Below are positions 38,889 to 48,643 of a DNA stretch of 64,000 nt, piece after piece (within the stretch, counting starts at the first letter, position 1; each line of letters starts with the position of its first letter). A program made the position numbers and the translations under genes. The notes under the pieces were generated by a model. The model was not told the origin of the DNA. It searched no databases and saw only the letters and a list, made by a program, of their open reading frames with translations. This DNA comes from Roseibium sp. (GTDB taxonomy: Bacteria; Pseudomonadota; Alphaproteobacteria; Rhizobiales; Stappiaceae), in the NCBI RefSeq assembly GCF_039982295.1, contig NZ_JBDWYP010000069.1, forward strand, positions 4,964-68,963, read 5' to 3'.

Positions 38889-41309
38889 TCAGCCGTGTGC
38901 GCCCAGGTTCTTGGCGACCTGCCAGACACGCCACGCATCATGCGGCATCTGTATGTGGATCGAGCCAAGGAAGCCAAACGCATCGTTGACCGCGTTGGAG
39001 AAGGCCGGGACACCTCCCACATTGGGGCTTTCGCCAACGCCCTTTGCACCAATGGGGTGATGCGGGCTTGGTGTCACCGTGTGGTCTGTCTCCCAATGCG
39101 GGGTTTCCACCGCAGTTGGCAGGAAGAAGTCCATAAAGGACGCTCCCATGACATTGCCCATCTCGTCGTAGCTGATTTCCTGACCCATCGCGATGGCGAA
39201 GGCTTCAGTCAGGCCGCCGTGGACCTGCCCTTCAATGATCATCGGATTGATGCGTGTTCCGCAATCATCCAAAGCATAGAAGCGACGGGTTGTGGCAACG
39301 CCAGTGTCGACATCAATATCCATGACACAGAAATAAGCGCCGAAGGGATAGGTCATGTTGGGCGGGTCGTAATAGGACACCGCCTCAAGGCCCGGTTCCA
39401 TGCCGGGGGGCGGTGCGTTATAGGCCGCCCAGGCGATCTCCTTCATCGACTTGCGTGCTTCCGGATTGCCTTTCACCTGAAACCCGTCGATGTCCCATTC
39501 GAGATCGAACTCCGAGACTTCAAGCATATGCGCTGCGATCATCTGCGCTTTCGCACGGATCTTGCGGGCGGCAAGGGCTATGGCCGCGCCTGCAACCGGT
39601 GTCGAACGCGAGCCGTAGGTCCCAAGCCCATATGGTGCAGTGTCCGTATCACCTTCCTCGACCATGATGTCCGCTGCCGGAATACCGATCTCGGTTGCAA
39701 TGATCTGAGCCCAGGTGGTTTCGTGACCCTGGCCCTGGGACTTGCTGCCCATGCGAGAAATCACGGACCCGGTGGGATGAATGCGGATCTCCGCACTGTC
39801 GAACATGGCCACGCCAAGAATATCGCAGTTCTTGGAAGGGCCAGCACCGACGATTTCGGTGAAGAAGCAGACGCCGATACCCATGATTTCCCGGGTTTCG
39901 CCGCGCTTGAATGCTTCCTGCTTGGCCTTTTGTTCCTCGCGAAGCCCGCGGTAGTCGATGGCATCCATGGCCTTGTGCATGGCGGTATGATAATCGCCGC
40001 TGTCATACTCCCAGCCGAGGGCCGAGTTGTAGGGAAACTGCTCCGGCTTGATAAAGTTCTTCAGACGAAGGTCGGCAGGATCCATCCCAAGCTTTTGCGC
40101 CAGAACATCCATACCGCGCTCGATGCAGTATGCTGCCTCGGTCACGCGGAAGGAGCAGCGATAGGCCACACCGCCCGGCGCCTTGTTGGTGTAAACACCA
40201 TCGACGGAAAGATGCGCGACCGGGAAGTCATAAGACCCCGTAACGATGTTGAAGAAGCCTGCAGGCCACTTGCTCGGATCGGCGCAGGCGTCGAAGCCAC
40301 CATGGTCACCCAGAACGTGAACCTTGAGGCCGGTCACAGTGCCGTCCTTCTTGGCCGCGATCTCGGTGGTCATGTGATAGTCACGTGCAAAGGACGTGGT
40401 GGAGAGGTTCTCCATGCGGTCCTCAACCCACTTCACAGGCTGGCCGGTCACAATAGAAGCGACGATCGAGCAGATGTACCCCGGATAGGCACCCACCTTG
40501 TTGCCGAAGCCGCCGCCGACATCGGGCGCAATCACATGGATCTTGTGCTCGGGGATGGTCGAAAGCAGAGAGGCGACCGTGCGAATGACATGAGGCGCCT
40601 GGAAGGTACCGTAAAGGGTCAGCTCACCTTTCACCTTGTCCATGGCCGCAAGGCACTGGCAGGTCTCCAGCGGAGATGGGTGTGTCCGGTGATAGGAGAT
40701 CATCTCCTTGACCGTGACCTCGGCCTCGGCAAAGGCCTTGTCCGTTGCGTCTTCATCACCAACCGACCAATTGAAGATGTGGTTGTGATGCTTACGCGGT
40801 CCGTGCGCACCTTCCATCTTGCCTTCCAGATCCGGCCGCAGCACCGGCGCATCGGGGTCCATCGACTTGAACGGATCGATCAGGACAGGCAGTTCCTCGT
40901 ACTCGACCTCGACCAGCTGGATCGCGTCGTCGGCGATATAGCGGTCTTCGGCGACGACGAAGGCGACTTCCTGGTTCTGGTACAGCACCTTGCCGTCGGC
41001 CAGAACCATCTGAACGTCACCGGCCAATGTCGGCATCCAGGCCAGGTTCACACCCTTCAGGTCTTCCGCAGTCAGCACCGCGATCACGCCAGGTATTTTC
41101 AGGGCCTCGGTCGCATCGATCTTCGTGACCTTGGCGTGGGCGTAGGGAGAGCGGACGAAATCGCCATGCAGCATGCCGGGCATCTTGATGTCGTCGACAT
41201 ACTTGCCCTTACCCTGGGTGAAACGAATGTCTTCAACGCGCTTGCGCTTGCAGCCCATGCCTTCGAGGGCGGCTTCGCGCTGTTCCCGTGACGGGGTCAT
41301 GTCATTCAT
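38889..41309 (-). CDS. coxL: Aerobic CO dehydrogenase large subunit, form I
   Basis: Active-site AYRCSFR (form I signature); GGGFGNK; [10 protein letters not shown]. Confidence 0.97.
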   Translation of the reverse strand: MNDMTPSREQREAALEGMGCKRKRVEDIRFTQGKGKYVDDIKMPGMLHGDFVRSPYAHAKVTKIDATEALKIPGVIAVLTAEDLKGVNLAWMPTLAGDVQMVLADGKVLYQNQEVAFVVAEDRYIADDAIQLVEVEYEELPVLIDPFKSMDPDAPVLRPDLEGKMEGAHGPRKHHNHIFNWSVGDEDATDKAFAEAEVTVKEMISYHRTHPSPLETCQCLAAMDKVKGELTLYGTFQAPHVIRTVASLLSTIPEHKIHVIAPDVGGGFGNKVGAYPGYICSIVASIVTGQPVKWVEDRMENLSTTSFARDYHMTTEIAAKKDGTVTGLKVHVLGDHGGFDACADPSKWPAGFFNIVTGSYDFPVAHLSVDGVYTNKAPGGVAYRCSFRVTEAAYCIERGMDVLAQKLGMDPADLRLKNFIKPEQFPYNSALGWEYDSGDYHTAMHKAMDAIDYRGLREEQKAKQEAFKRGETREIMGIGVCFFTEIVGAGPSKNCDILGVAMFDSAEIRIHPTGSVISRMGSKSQGQGHETTWAQIIATEIGIPAADIMVEEGDTDTAPYGLGTYGSRSTPVAGAAIALAARKIRAKAQMIAAHMLEVSEFDLEWDIDGFQVKGNPEARKSMKEIAWAAYNAPPPGMEPGLEAVSYYDPPNMTYPFGAYFCVMDIDVDTGVATTRRFYALDDCGTRINPMIIEGQVHGGLTEAFAIAMGQEISYDEMGNVMGASFMDFFLPTAVETPHWETDHTVTPSPHHPIGAKGVGESPNVGGVPAFSNAVNDAFGFLGSIHIQMPHDAWRVWQVAKNLGAHG

Positions 41310-41815
41310 TCTGCAGCCTCCTGATAGTCACGGCCGTTCAGCTTCGCTGCGGCGTATTGGATGGCCTTCACGATGTTCTGATAACCGGTGCAACGACACA
41401 GGTTGCCCGCAATGCCAAAGCGAATTTCCTCTTCGGTCGGATCCGGATTTTCCTGAAGCAAAGTATGCGCACGGGTGATCATGCCAGGCGTACAAAAGCC
41501 GCACTGCAGCCCATGCATCTGGCGAAAGCCTTCCTGGAGCGCAGACAATGTGCCGTCCGCGTTTGCCATACCCTCGATCGTGGTCAGCTCCGCGTTGTTC
41601 GCCTGGGCGGCAAAGAGCGTGCAGGACTTGACCGACATGCCGTTCATATCAACGGTGCAGGCGCCGCAATGGGACGTCTCGCAGCCGATGTGCGGGCCGG
41701 TCAGGTTCAGGTCCTCGCGCAAAAAATGGATCAGAAGCGTACGTGGCTCAACGAAGCGCTGCACCTTCTTGCCGTTGACGGTCATCGTCACCGGGATCTG
41801 TTCAATCTCGCTCAT
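41306..41815 (-). CDS. coxS: CO dehydrogenase small 2Fe-2S subunit
   Basis: [30 protein letters not shown]. Confidence 0.97.
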   Translation of the reverse strand: MSEIEQIPVTMTVNGKKVQRFVEPRTLLIHFLREDLNLTGPHIGCETSHCGACTVDMNGMSVKSCTLFAAQANNAELTTIEGMANADGTLSALQEGFRQMHGLQCGFCTPGMITRAHTLLQENPDPTEEEIRFGIAGNLCRCTGYQNIVKAIQYAAAKLNGRDYQEAAE

Positions 41816-41829
41816 GGTGTCTCTCTCCC

Positions 41830-42696
41830 TCAGCCTTTAGCGCGTTCTGCGGCACGAGCCAGAGCTCGCTCCAGCATGACGCCAGCCATTTTCGTGCGAT
41901 ACTCGGCAGGTCCACGGCCATCGGCGGCCGGCATGGTGATGGCTTCGGCTGCTGCGACAGCGCGCTTGACCGTATCTGCATCGAGTGCCGACCCGTTGAG
42001 GATCTCACTCGCCTCAGCGGCATAAAGCGGTGTGTCAGCCACATTCGTCAGCGCGACCGAACAGCTTGAAACCGTGTCGCCGGACATGGTGACCAAAACG
42101 GCGGCTGCAGCGGTGGCATAGTCGCCAACCTTGCGTTTCAGTTTTTCATAGGCAAAGCCATGCCCTGCTGGCGGGGTCGGAATTTTGACTGCCGTCACCA
42201 GCTCTTCAGGAGCAAGTGCCGTGAAGTAGGCCGCCTCGTAGAAGTCACGAGCTGCGACTTCCCGCTCACCATCCGGACCAGCGAGTACGTAGACCGCGTT
42301 CAGACATTGCATGAGGCCGGGCATGTCGTTGCCCGGATCGCCGTTGGCAACATTGCCGCCAATTGTGCCCATGTACCTGATTTGAGGGTCTGCGATCATC
42401 AGGGACGTTTCGCGAATGATCGGCAGCTTGGCGATCAGCAGATCCGAGTTGACCAATTCGTGCTGGGTGGTCATGGCGCCGATAACGATCGTGTCGCCGA
42501 CTTCCTGAATACCCTTTAGATCCGCAACGCCGCTCAAATCAATGAGATGTTCAGGCGCTGCCATCCGCAGCTTCATCATGGGGATCAGACTGTGTCCGCC
42601 AGCCAGGGGCCGAGCTTCATCGCCGTGGCTGGCGAGAAGCGCAACGGCTTCCGCAACAGACGACGGCCTGTGATAGATAAACTCTCCGGGGATCAC
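41830..42696 (-). CDS. coxM: CO dehydrogenase medium FAD subunit
   Basis: [34 protein letters not shown]; GTG start at 42696 with GGGAGGG RBS. Confidence 0.95.
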   Translation of the reverse strand: MIPGEFIYHRPSSVAEAVALLASHGDEARPLAGGHSLIPMMKLRMAAPEHLIDLSGVADLKGIQEVGDTIVIGAMTTQHELVNSDLLIAKLPIIRETSLMIADPQIRYMGTIGGNVANGDPGNDMPGLMQCLNAVYVLAGPDGEREVAARDFYEAAYFTALAPEELVTAVKIPTPPAGHGFAYEKLKRKVGDYATAAAAVLVTMSGDTVSSCSVALTNVADTPLYAAEASEILNGSALDADTVKRAVAAAEAITMPAADGRGPAEYRTKMAGVMLERALARAAERAKG

Positions 42697-42940
42697 GTGC
42701 TTCCCTCCCTCATACGCCAAACCGCCAGGCAATGACGATCAGCTGAACCTCTCCAAGGCGGTCACCGCGATCCCAGTTCGCTGGCCTGCGGATCCGCTCG
42801 CGTATGCGGATTGAACCAGAGGCGTTACAGCACGAACTGACCTAAATGCGACAACCGACCACAGGGTGCAAAGCAGTGCACCGCAAAAACAACGATGCCT
42901 GCACAGACGGAGTGAAAAACGCATGGATTGCGCGGTTTGC

Positions 42941-42977
42941 GCACGAAATGCGTCAGCTATATTGACGCATTTCATGC
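42941..42977. promoter_or_regulatory. 15-bp inverted repeat upstream of coxM
   Basis: GCACGAAATGCGTCA-GCTATAT-TGACGCATTTCATGC (14/15 complementary). Confidence 0.6.
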
Positions 42978-43185
42978 CCTCAACTAAAAGCACCACTGAT
43001 TTTAATCACATATATTTCAGGCACTTAAAATGCCACGTCAAAATTTGGAAACGATAGAGCCCCTGGCACCGGCAGCTTTGAGCTCACCTGCACGAAATGC
43101 CGCACTTGGGCATTTCTGATGCAGCGCACATGCACCTTATACGCGCATTGATAGGAATGAAGTCACGAATCCTGACGCTGATCTG

Positions 43186-44460
43186 CTACTGCGCAGCCGC
43201 CGTTGACTGAAGCTCATCGTCCCGCTCACCGCGATCGGCGAGACGGGCCTTTACCCGGCTCCAACGGGAACGGCTGACGGGAACCTGGTGCGGCTCTTCA
43301 CCCCGCAAGGTCAGCACGCCACTGTCGCCTGCGCGCTTGTAACCATCCACGCGCGTAAGGTTGACGATATGGCTGCGATGAACCCGGCTGAACAGTTTTG
43401 GATCCAGAAGCCGCTCAACTTCACTGATCGCCAGCGGACAGAAGAGCGTTCGCGTTCCATCGAACAACCGGGTGTAGTGAGCATCGGCCTGCACAGAGAC
43501 AACGTCCTGAATACCAACGTGGCATTTCACACCATCACGTTCGACCGGCAGCGTCCTTTTGAAACCGGAGTTCCCTCGTTGACCGGACACGGCCTGCAAA
43601 CCGGCTGGCGGCCGTTTTGCATCAACGTCTACCGGCGTCGCGCGCGCCTCGTCGGAGGTAGCACCCGGCATCTCCGCATCAACATCATTTGCAGCAAGGT
43701 TCTGCGCCGTTTCTTCAAAATCTTCGGCTCTGTTGTGCGACGCGGACACAGCGTCCTGACGTGCAGGCACCAAGGCAAGAAGGAAGAGACCGGAGACCAA
43801 GAAGGCGACACAAGCCACCACAATCGCCAACGTGCCGGGCGAAACCGATGGTGACTTGAAGCCAACAGCCGCATCGTGCGGGGTGAGCGTCATGCCCGCC
43901 ATGGCCGTATAATGCATCGCCGAAATCGCAAGAGCCAGCACGAGAGCAGAAACAACCATCGGTGGCTGCCGACCAACGCCGAAGGAGAGCCAGAGCGCCA
44001 GGCCGGCGGCGTTAAAGGCAACGAGAAAACTCGCGACGATATAGACCGGATCGTGGCTCATGTTCGAAGACGCATGCAGGGCATACATGCCCAGATAATG
44101 CATGATGCAAATGCCCGCTCCCATCACCAGAGCCGACAGGCCGAGACGAATAGCCGTGAGAGAGCCATGACTGGCTGCGAACACGGCTAAACCAACAACA
44201 AGAACACACACCAGAAAGGAAAGCAGTGTCGGCAACACAAGAAAATCGACGGCCACGGGCAGTTGGGCGGCGAGCATGCCGACGAAATGCATCGACCAAA
44301 TCGCCAGGGCCAATGTCAACGCAGCGCCGGCAAGCAGCAAACGTCGGCGCGGATCAACCGCATCTGTCACCTGAACAGAAAGGCTCAAGCCAACAAAACT
44401 TCCTTGAAAAGCCACCACTAGGGACAATGCTACGAGCCAAGGCTCGTGCGAAACGGACAT
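43186..44460 (-). CDS. coxC: CoxC-type MHYT sensor with LytTR DNA-binding domain
   Basis: MHFVGM, MHYLGM, MHYTAM repeats in TM domain; C-terminal ADAHYT...FSRVHRSHIVNL...VPVSRSR. Confidence 0.9.
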   Translation of the reverse strand: MSVSHEPWLVALSLVVAFQGSFVGLSLSVQVTDAVDPRRRLLLAGAALTLALAIWSMHFVGMLAAQLPVAVDFLVLPTLLSFLVCVLVVGLAVFAASHGSLTAIRLGLSALVMGAGICIMHYLGMYALHASSNMSHDPVYIVASFLVAFNAAGLALWLSFGVGRQPPMVVSALVLALAISAMHYTAMAGMTLTPHDAAVGFKSPSVSPGTLAIVVACVAFLVSGLFLLALVPARQDAVSASHNRAEDFEETAQNLAANDVDAEMPGATSDEARATPVDVDAKRPPAGLQAVSGQRGNSGFKRTLPVERDGVKCHVGIQDVVSVQADAHYTRLFDGTRTLFCPLAISEVERLLDPKLFSRVHRSHIVNLTRVDGYKRAGDSGVLTLRGEEPHQVPVSRSRWSRVKARLADRGERDDELQSTAAAQ

Positions 44461-44830
44461 GCAGGCTCTCCTCCCTCATGTGGTCGTTCAAGCGTCTTGC
44501 CAACCAAATCGAAGTTTAGACTATTGCAGTCGCGCCACCAAGCAATGAGACCTAAACAAATTTTCAGATCAAAGAATAACAGTGTTTCATCACGCTGTTC
44601 AAAATTAAATTTCGCCTGAAAAACAAAGGGGCATTTCAAGTGATACTCGTAGAAAACGGCGAAAATCTCCGCGCGGGAAAAGAAATTGGCAGGACCTCAC
44701 AACCGAAACTTCGCGTAAAAGCTGTTGGCTGATTTCAAGGACAAAGTTGCAGTCCCTTTGCCGCCCTTGTCCCTCCGGCTTTTGACAAGGTATCTCTTGT
44801 CTCTCAACCATCCATCTGGAGGAAATTGCG

Positions 44831-45580
44831 ATGGCTCTTGCAGGAAAAACCGTTCTCGTCACCGGTGCAAGCTCGGGAATCGGACGGCAAACAGCCAAGG
44901 CGTTTCTGAAAGCTGGGGCGAGCGTCATCCTCACCGGGCGGCGCCTGGAGCGTCTTCAGGCAGCTGCCGATGAATGCGGGGGCGATGCGTTCTGCGTGCC
45001 CTGCGACGTTGCGAACGACGAGCAAATCGGGGACCTCTTCAAGGCGATCAAGGATCGATTCGGCCGACTGGACGTCTGCTTCAACAACGCGGGAAACAAT
45101 GTCGCAGCGAAGACCATCGACGAGATCACGGTGGCGGAATGGCGGACCGTGCTGGACGTTAATCTGCATGGCGCATTTCTCATCGCACGCGGGGCCTTCG
45201 AGATCATGCGTCACCAGTCCCCGCAGGGCGGACGCATCATCAACAACGGTTCGATCTCCGCGCATGTACCGCGACCCGGCTCGGCTCCCTACACTGCAAC
45301 GAAACATGCCATCACCGGACTGACCAAGAGCCTATCCCTGGACGGACGGCCGTTCGACATTGCATGCGGCCAGATAGATATTGGCAATGCAGCGTCTGAG
45401 ATGACCGCCAACTTCTCGCAAGGCCTGCCACAGGCGAATGGCAGCGTCATGCCCGAACCGGTCATGGATGTGTCCCATATCGCCGACGCGGTGCTCCATA
45501 TGGCGGATCTCCCTCTGTCGGCCAATGTGCAGTTCATGACCATCATGGCGACGAAAATGCCGCTCATTGGACGCGGCTGA
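44831..45580 (+). CDS. Short-chain dehydrogenase/reductase
   Basis: [18 protein letters not shown]. Confidence 0.92.
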   Translation: MALAGKTVLVTGASSGIGRQTAKAFLKAGASVILTGRRLERLQAAADECGGDAFCVPCDVANDEQIGDLFKAIKDRFGRLDVCFNNAGNNVAAKTIDEITVAEWRTVLDVNLHGAFLIARGAFEIMRHQSPQGGRIINNGSISAHVPRPGSAPYTATKHAITGLTKSLSLDGRPFDIACGQIDIGNAASEMTANFSQGLPQANGSVMPEPVMDVSHIADAVLHMADLPLSANVQFMTIMATKMPLIGRG

Positions 45581-45583
45581 GCC

Positions 45584-46324
45584 TCAGCCTTTCTTTCCGA
45601 CCACCATCTCCCGCTTGCCGGCGAAACCCTTGCATTTGTCGATGGCGAAACCGGCAGCCTGAAGATTGCGGCGAACCCAACCGGCGGAGGTGTAGGTCGC
45701 GAGCGTGCCGTCAGCGGCAGTGAGTTTGAAAGCCGCTTTAAGCAAGTCCTCGCCCCAAAGCTCCGGGTTTTTCGATGGGCTGAACCCGTCGAAAAACCAG
45801 GCATCGATTTCAGGCATGGCGACCTTTTCGCTCACAAGGTCATCAACCATCACACGCGCATCACCGACTGCCAAAAGCAACTCGGCATCTTTAAAAGCGC
45901 AGCGACACCAACCGGGTTCCGGAGCCCATGTCTGCAGGAGCTCTTGTGTTTCGTCTTCCAGATCCGGAAATGCACCAAGCGCGCGTTCCAACTGGTCTTT
46001 GGACAGTGGAAGCAGTTCGAACGACAGAAATGTCAGCTTTGGAGCCGTGCCAACGCGACGCAGCGCCTGAAGCGTGGTGAGAAAGTTAAGCCCCGTTCCA
46101 AAGCCGAACTCTGCGATTGCAAAAGTCTCACGCCCATGCCAGCGCTCCGGAAGGCCATTCCCGCCAAGAAAAACGTGGCGTGTCTCTTCCAGTCCTCCCG
46201 CGCGAGAGAAATAGGTATCCTGAAAGGCTGACGCCCTTGGCACATCCCCCTCAAGCCATTCAAGGTCAGGTGCTGAATGCAACGCCGATCCAGCGTCAGG
46301 CGGCTTTGGTGTCGTTCTACTCAT
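45584..46324 (-). CDS. mnmD: tRNA mnm5s2U34 methyltransferase (stand-alone MnmC N-domain, MnmD)
   Basis: FQDTYFS..GGLEETRHVFL.GN.LPERW, AEFGFGTGLNF, DAWFFDGFSP.KNPELW. Confidence 0.88.
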   Translation of the reverse strand: MSRTTPKPPDAGSALHSAPDLEWLEGDVPRASAFQDTYFSRAGGLEETRHVFLGGNGLPERWHGRETFAIAEFGFGTGLNFLTTLQALRRVGTAPKLTFLSFELLPLSKDQLERALGAFPDLEDETQELLQTWAPEPGWCRCAFKDAELLLAVGDARVMVDDLVSEKVAMPEIDAWFFDGFSPSKNPELWGEDLLKAAFKLTAADGTLATYTSAGWVRRNLQAAGFAIDKCKGFAGKREMVVGKKG

Positions 46325-46444
46325 CAGGCAGCGTCCGGTAGCTCTTGAGTTCTTCCGCCCGTCCTTTTATGCGGGCAGCTCCAGCGGATAAAGTCCGTTG
46401 CCTGTCTGTCCACCGTCCCCAGCTTGCTGGGCGAAAGGCCTGCC

Positions 46445-47605
46445 ATGTCCACGACCCTGCCCAAACGCCATGACCTTGCCGTGGTCGGCGGAGGTATATT
46501 CGGGCTCTCGATCGCCTACGAAGCTCTTCGCTATGGCATGAGCGTTGTCGTGCTGGAAGCAGATCACGTTGGAGCCGGTGCGAGCGGCGGACTTCTCGGA
46601 GCACTCATGCCGCATATGCCGGCGCGCTGGAACCCCAAAAAGGAATTTCAGTTCCAGGCACTCTCCAGCCTCGAAGCACACACGCGCATGCTGGAGGATG
46701 AGACAGGCCTTGGCACTGGCTACAAGCGCTGCGGTCGGATCCTTCCCCTGACCACTCAGGATAGACTTGACCATCACATTGAGCGCGCAGAGGAAGCGCT
46801 GGACCGCTGGCACCCCCAAAGCACCGGCTTCACCTATGAAGTCGAACATGTAGGCAGTCGATCTGATTGGCTGTGCGCTGATGCTGCGCCTTTCGGAATT
46901 GTCTATGAGACCCTTGCGGCCCGGATCTCGCCAAGGGCTTACCTGGGGGTGCTTGCCTCTTATGTTCGGGACCATGGCCTGCTGCTCGAGGACACGGCTT
47001 TCGAGGGCTACGATCAAACCTCTGGCGCATTGCTCACAACAACCAAGGGACAACAGCTTGCGGCCGACAGGTTGGTTCTGGCGAGCGGCCCTGCCTGTTT
47101 CGAGCAGATAGCAGCCTTCACCGGCGAGATGATCGGGCGTGGTGAAAAGGGCCAAGCGCTCCTTCTGGAAGGTGCGGGTCTCGAAGAGAACCCGGCCATC
47201 TATTGCGACGGCCTCTATGTGGTGCCCCATGATGATGGAACAATCGCGGTCGGCAGTACATCGGACCGGGACTTTGCGACTTCGGCCGTTGACCCTGCAC
47301 GCACTGATGAGCTGATACGACGCGCCACAGCGTTCTGCCCAGCCCTCAAGGGGCGCAAGCTTTTAACGGTTTGGGCAGGCATTCGCCCTCGCTGCAACAA
47401 GCGCGACGCCTTGGTCGGGCGATTGCCCAACAGTTCACGGGTCTTTGCAGCCACGGGCGGTTTCAAGATTTCGTTCGGCATCGCCCATCTGATCGCAAAA
47501 TGCCTCGTCGTAGATCTTATGGGACAAGAAGCCGAGATTTCGCTCCCGCCGAGCTACTTGCCTGAGCATCATTTTTCGGACATCGGCCAAGACCGTTCGC
47601 CCTGA
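46445..47605 (+). CDS. FAD-dependent oxidoreductase (DAO/MnmC C-domain-like)
   Basis: VVGGGIFG, GAGASGG, WAGIRPR, TGGFKISFG. Confidence 0.85.
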   Translation: MSTTLPKRHDLAVVGGGIFGLSIAYEALRYGMSVVVLEADHVGAGASGGLLGALMPHMPARWNPKKEFQFQALSSLEAHTRMLEDETGLGTGYKRCGRILPLTTQDRLDHHIERAEEALDRWHPQSTGFTYEVEHVGSRSDWLCADAAPFGIVYETLAARISPRAYLGVLASYVRDHGLLLEDTAFEGYDQTSGALLTTTKGQQLAADRLVLASGPACFEQIAAFTGEMIGRGEKGQALLLEGAGLEENPAIYCDGLYVVPHDDGTIAVGSTSDRDFATSAVDPARTDELIRRATAFCPALKGRKLLTVWAGIRPRCNKRDALVGRLPNSSRVFAATGGFKISFGIAHLIAKCLVVDLMGQEAEISLPPSYLPEHHFSDIGQDRSP

Positions 47606-47688
47606 CGAAGGCCGTTCCTGAATTGCTGGATCAAAATAGATAAGGCGCCCGATGGGCGCCTTGCACAAACTCGTGACTGAAGCTGGTA

Positions 47689-47838
47689 TCAGCCCATCAC
47701 CAAGCTTGCCATGAAAAACAGAAGATAGCCGGTCAACGCCATTGAGCCCCAGAACAGAACATTCTTGACGACCAGGAAAGCAGGCGCGGGTAGCGATTTC
47801 CGTCTGGTTTCGCCGATGTGTGCAGCCGTGAGTGCCAT
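47689..47838 (-). CDS. Hypothetical 49-aa protein with C-terminal TM helix
   Basis: GGAG RBS before ATG 47838; MALTAAHIGETRRKSLPAPAFLVVKNVLFWGSMALTGYLLFFMASLVMG; the track's longer start runs through AT-rich promoter-like DNA. Confidence 0.45.
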   Translation of the reverse strand: MALTAAHIGETRRKSLPAPAFLVVKNVLFWGSMALTGYLLFFMASLVMG

Positions 47839-47895
47839 GGCCAGGAAACTCCGAAGTACGGGTGTTATCTGTTTCGTCACCCTAGCCAGGCCAAG

Positions 47896-47935
47896 TTTAA
47901 CAGCGCGTAAAACAGGTTGGTTAATCTCTTGTAAA
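47896..47935. promoter_or_regulatory. Two tandem CtrA-like boxes
   Basis: Minus strand TTTA-CAAGAGA-TTAAC (47935-47920) and TTTA-CGCGCTG-TTAAA (47911-47896) versus TTAA-N7-TTAAC. Confidence 0.45.
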
Positions 47936-48050
47936 TTTTCAAAATCAAATACCACCTAAAAATGGCGTACCGCTTTTGCCCCCTTCGTCCTTGTTCACTT
48001 CCACCATGGTATTACTCTCTTCTGCTCAAGTGCAATCAAGGAAGCTTCAG

Positions 48051-48521
48051 ATGAGCCTCAACAGTGTCCGCGACCACCTTGCCGAGGCTGCGCCGGAGCT
48101 TCGCGTTCTCGAGACAGACGCCAGCAGCGCCACGGTTGAGCTCGCGGCTGCAGCCCATGGTGTTGAGCCGGCGCAGATCGCAAAGACACTGTCCTTTCGG
48201 TTGAAGGACGAGGTTTTTCTCGTCGTTACGCGCGGCGATGCGCGACTGGACAACAAGAAGGCCAAGGCCGCATTTGGCGGTAAGGTCAAAATGCTTGGCC
48301 GTGAAGAGGTCGAGGAGATAACGGGTCACCCTGTCGGCGGTGTCTGCCCCTTTGGTCTCGCCAATTCTTTGAAAGTCTACCTGGACGAGAGCCTCAGGGC
48401 CTTTGACGAGGTCATACCGGCGGCAGGTGCAACCAATGCAGCTGTCCGCGTCTCCCCCCTCCGCATGGCGGAGATTACGTCAGGTGCCTGGGTCGATGTT
48501 TGTCAGGACCCTGCCAACTGA
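48051..48521 (+). CDS. YbaK/EbsC aminoacyl-tRNA deacylase family
   Basis: QIAKTL, TGHPVGGVCPFG, VYLDESL, PAAG. Confidence 0.9.
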   Translation: MSLNSVRDHLAEAAPELRVLETDASSATVELAAAAHGVEPAQIAKTLSFRLKDEVFLVVTRGDARLDNKKAKAAFGGKVKMLGREEVEEITGHPVGGVCPFGLANSLKVYLDESLRAFDEVIPAAGATNAAVRVSPLRMAEITSGAWVDVCQDPAN

Positions 48522-48643
48522 GAACTGCCGGCGTGCCAGCAAATCATATGTCAGCAGATGCGGCGATTGGGCGCTTTTGAACTCGTTGCAGGAAAACTTG
48601 AGCCTGCTAGGATAGTTTTCATCAACAAACGACGAGGCCTCAA

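Noticed and set aside
38793-41291. 832-aa plus-strand ORF, and similar long ORFs at 5396-6757, 23570-24646 and 16492-17361
   Set aside because: Antisense shadows of well-supported genes; expected from high-GC codon bias and carry no recognisable motifs
42781-42960. RcoM-type TTnnnG repeats at 21-bp period
   Set aside because: CACGAA half-sites exist but do not recur at 21-bp spacing, and no rcoM gene is present
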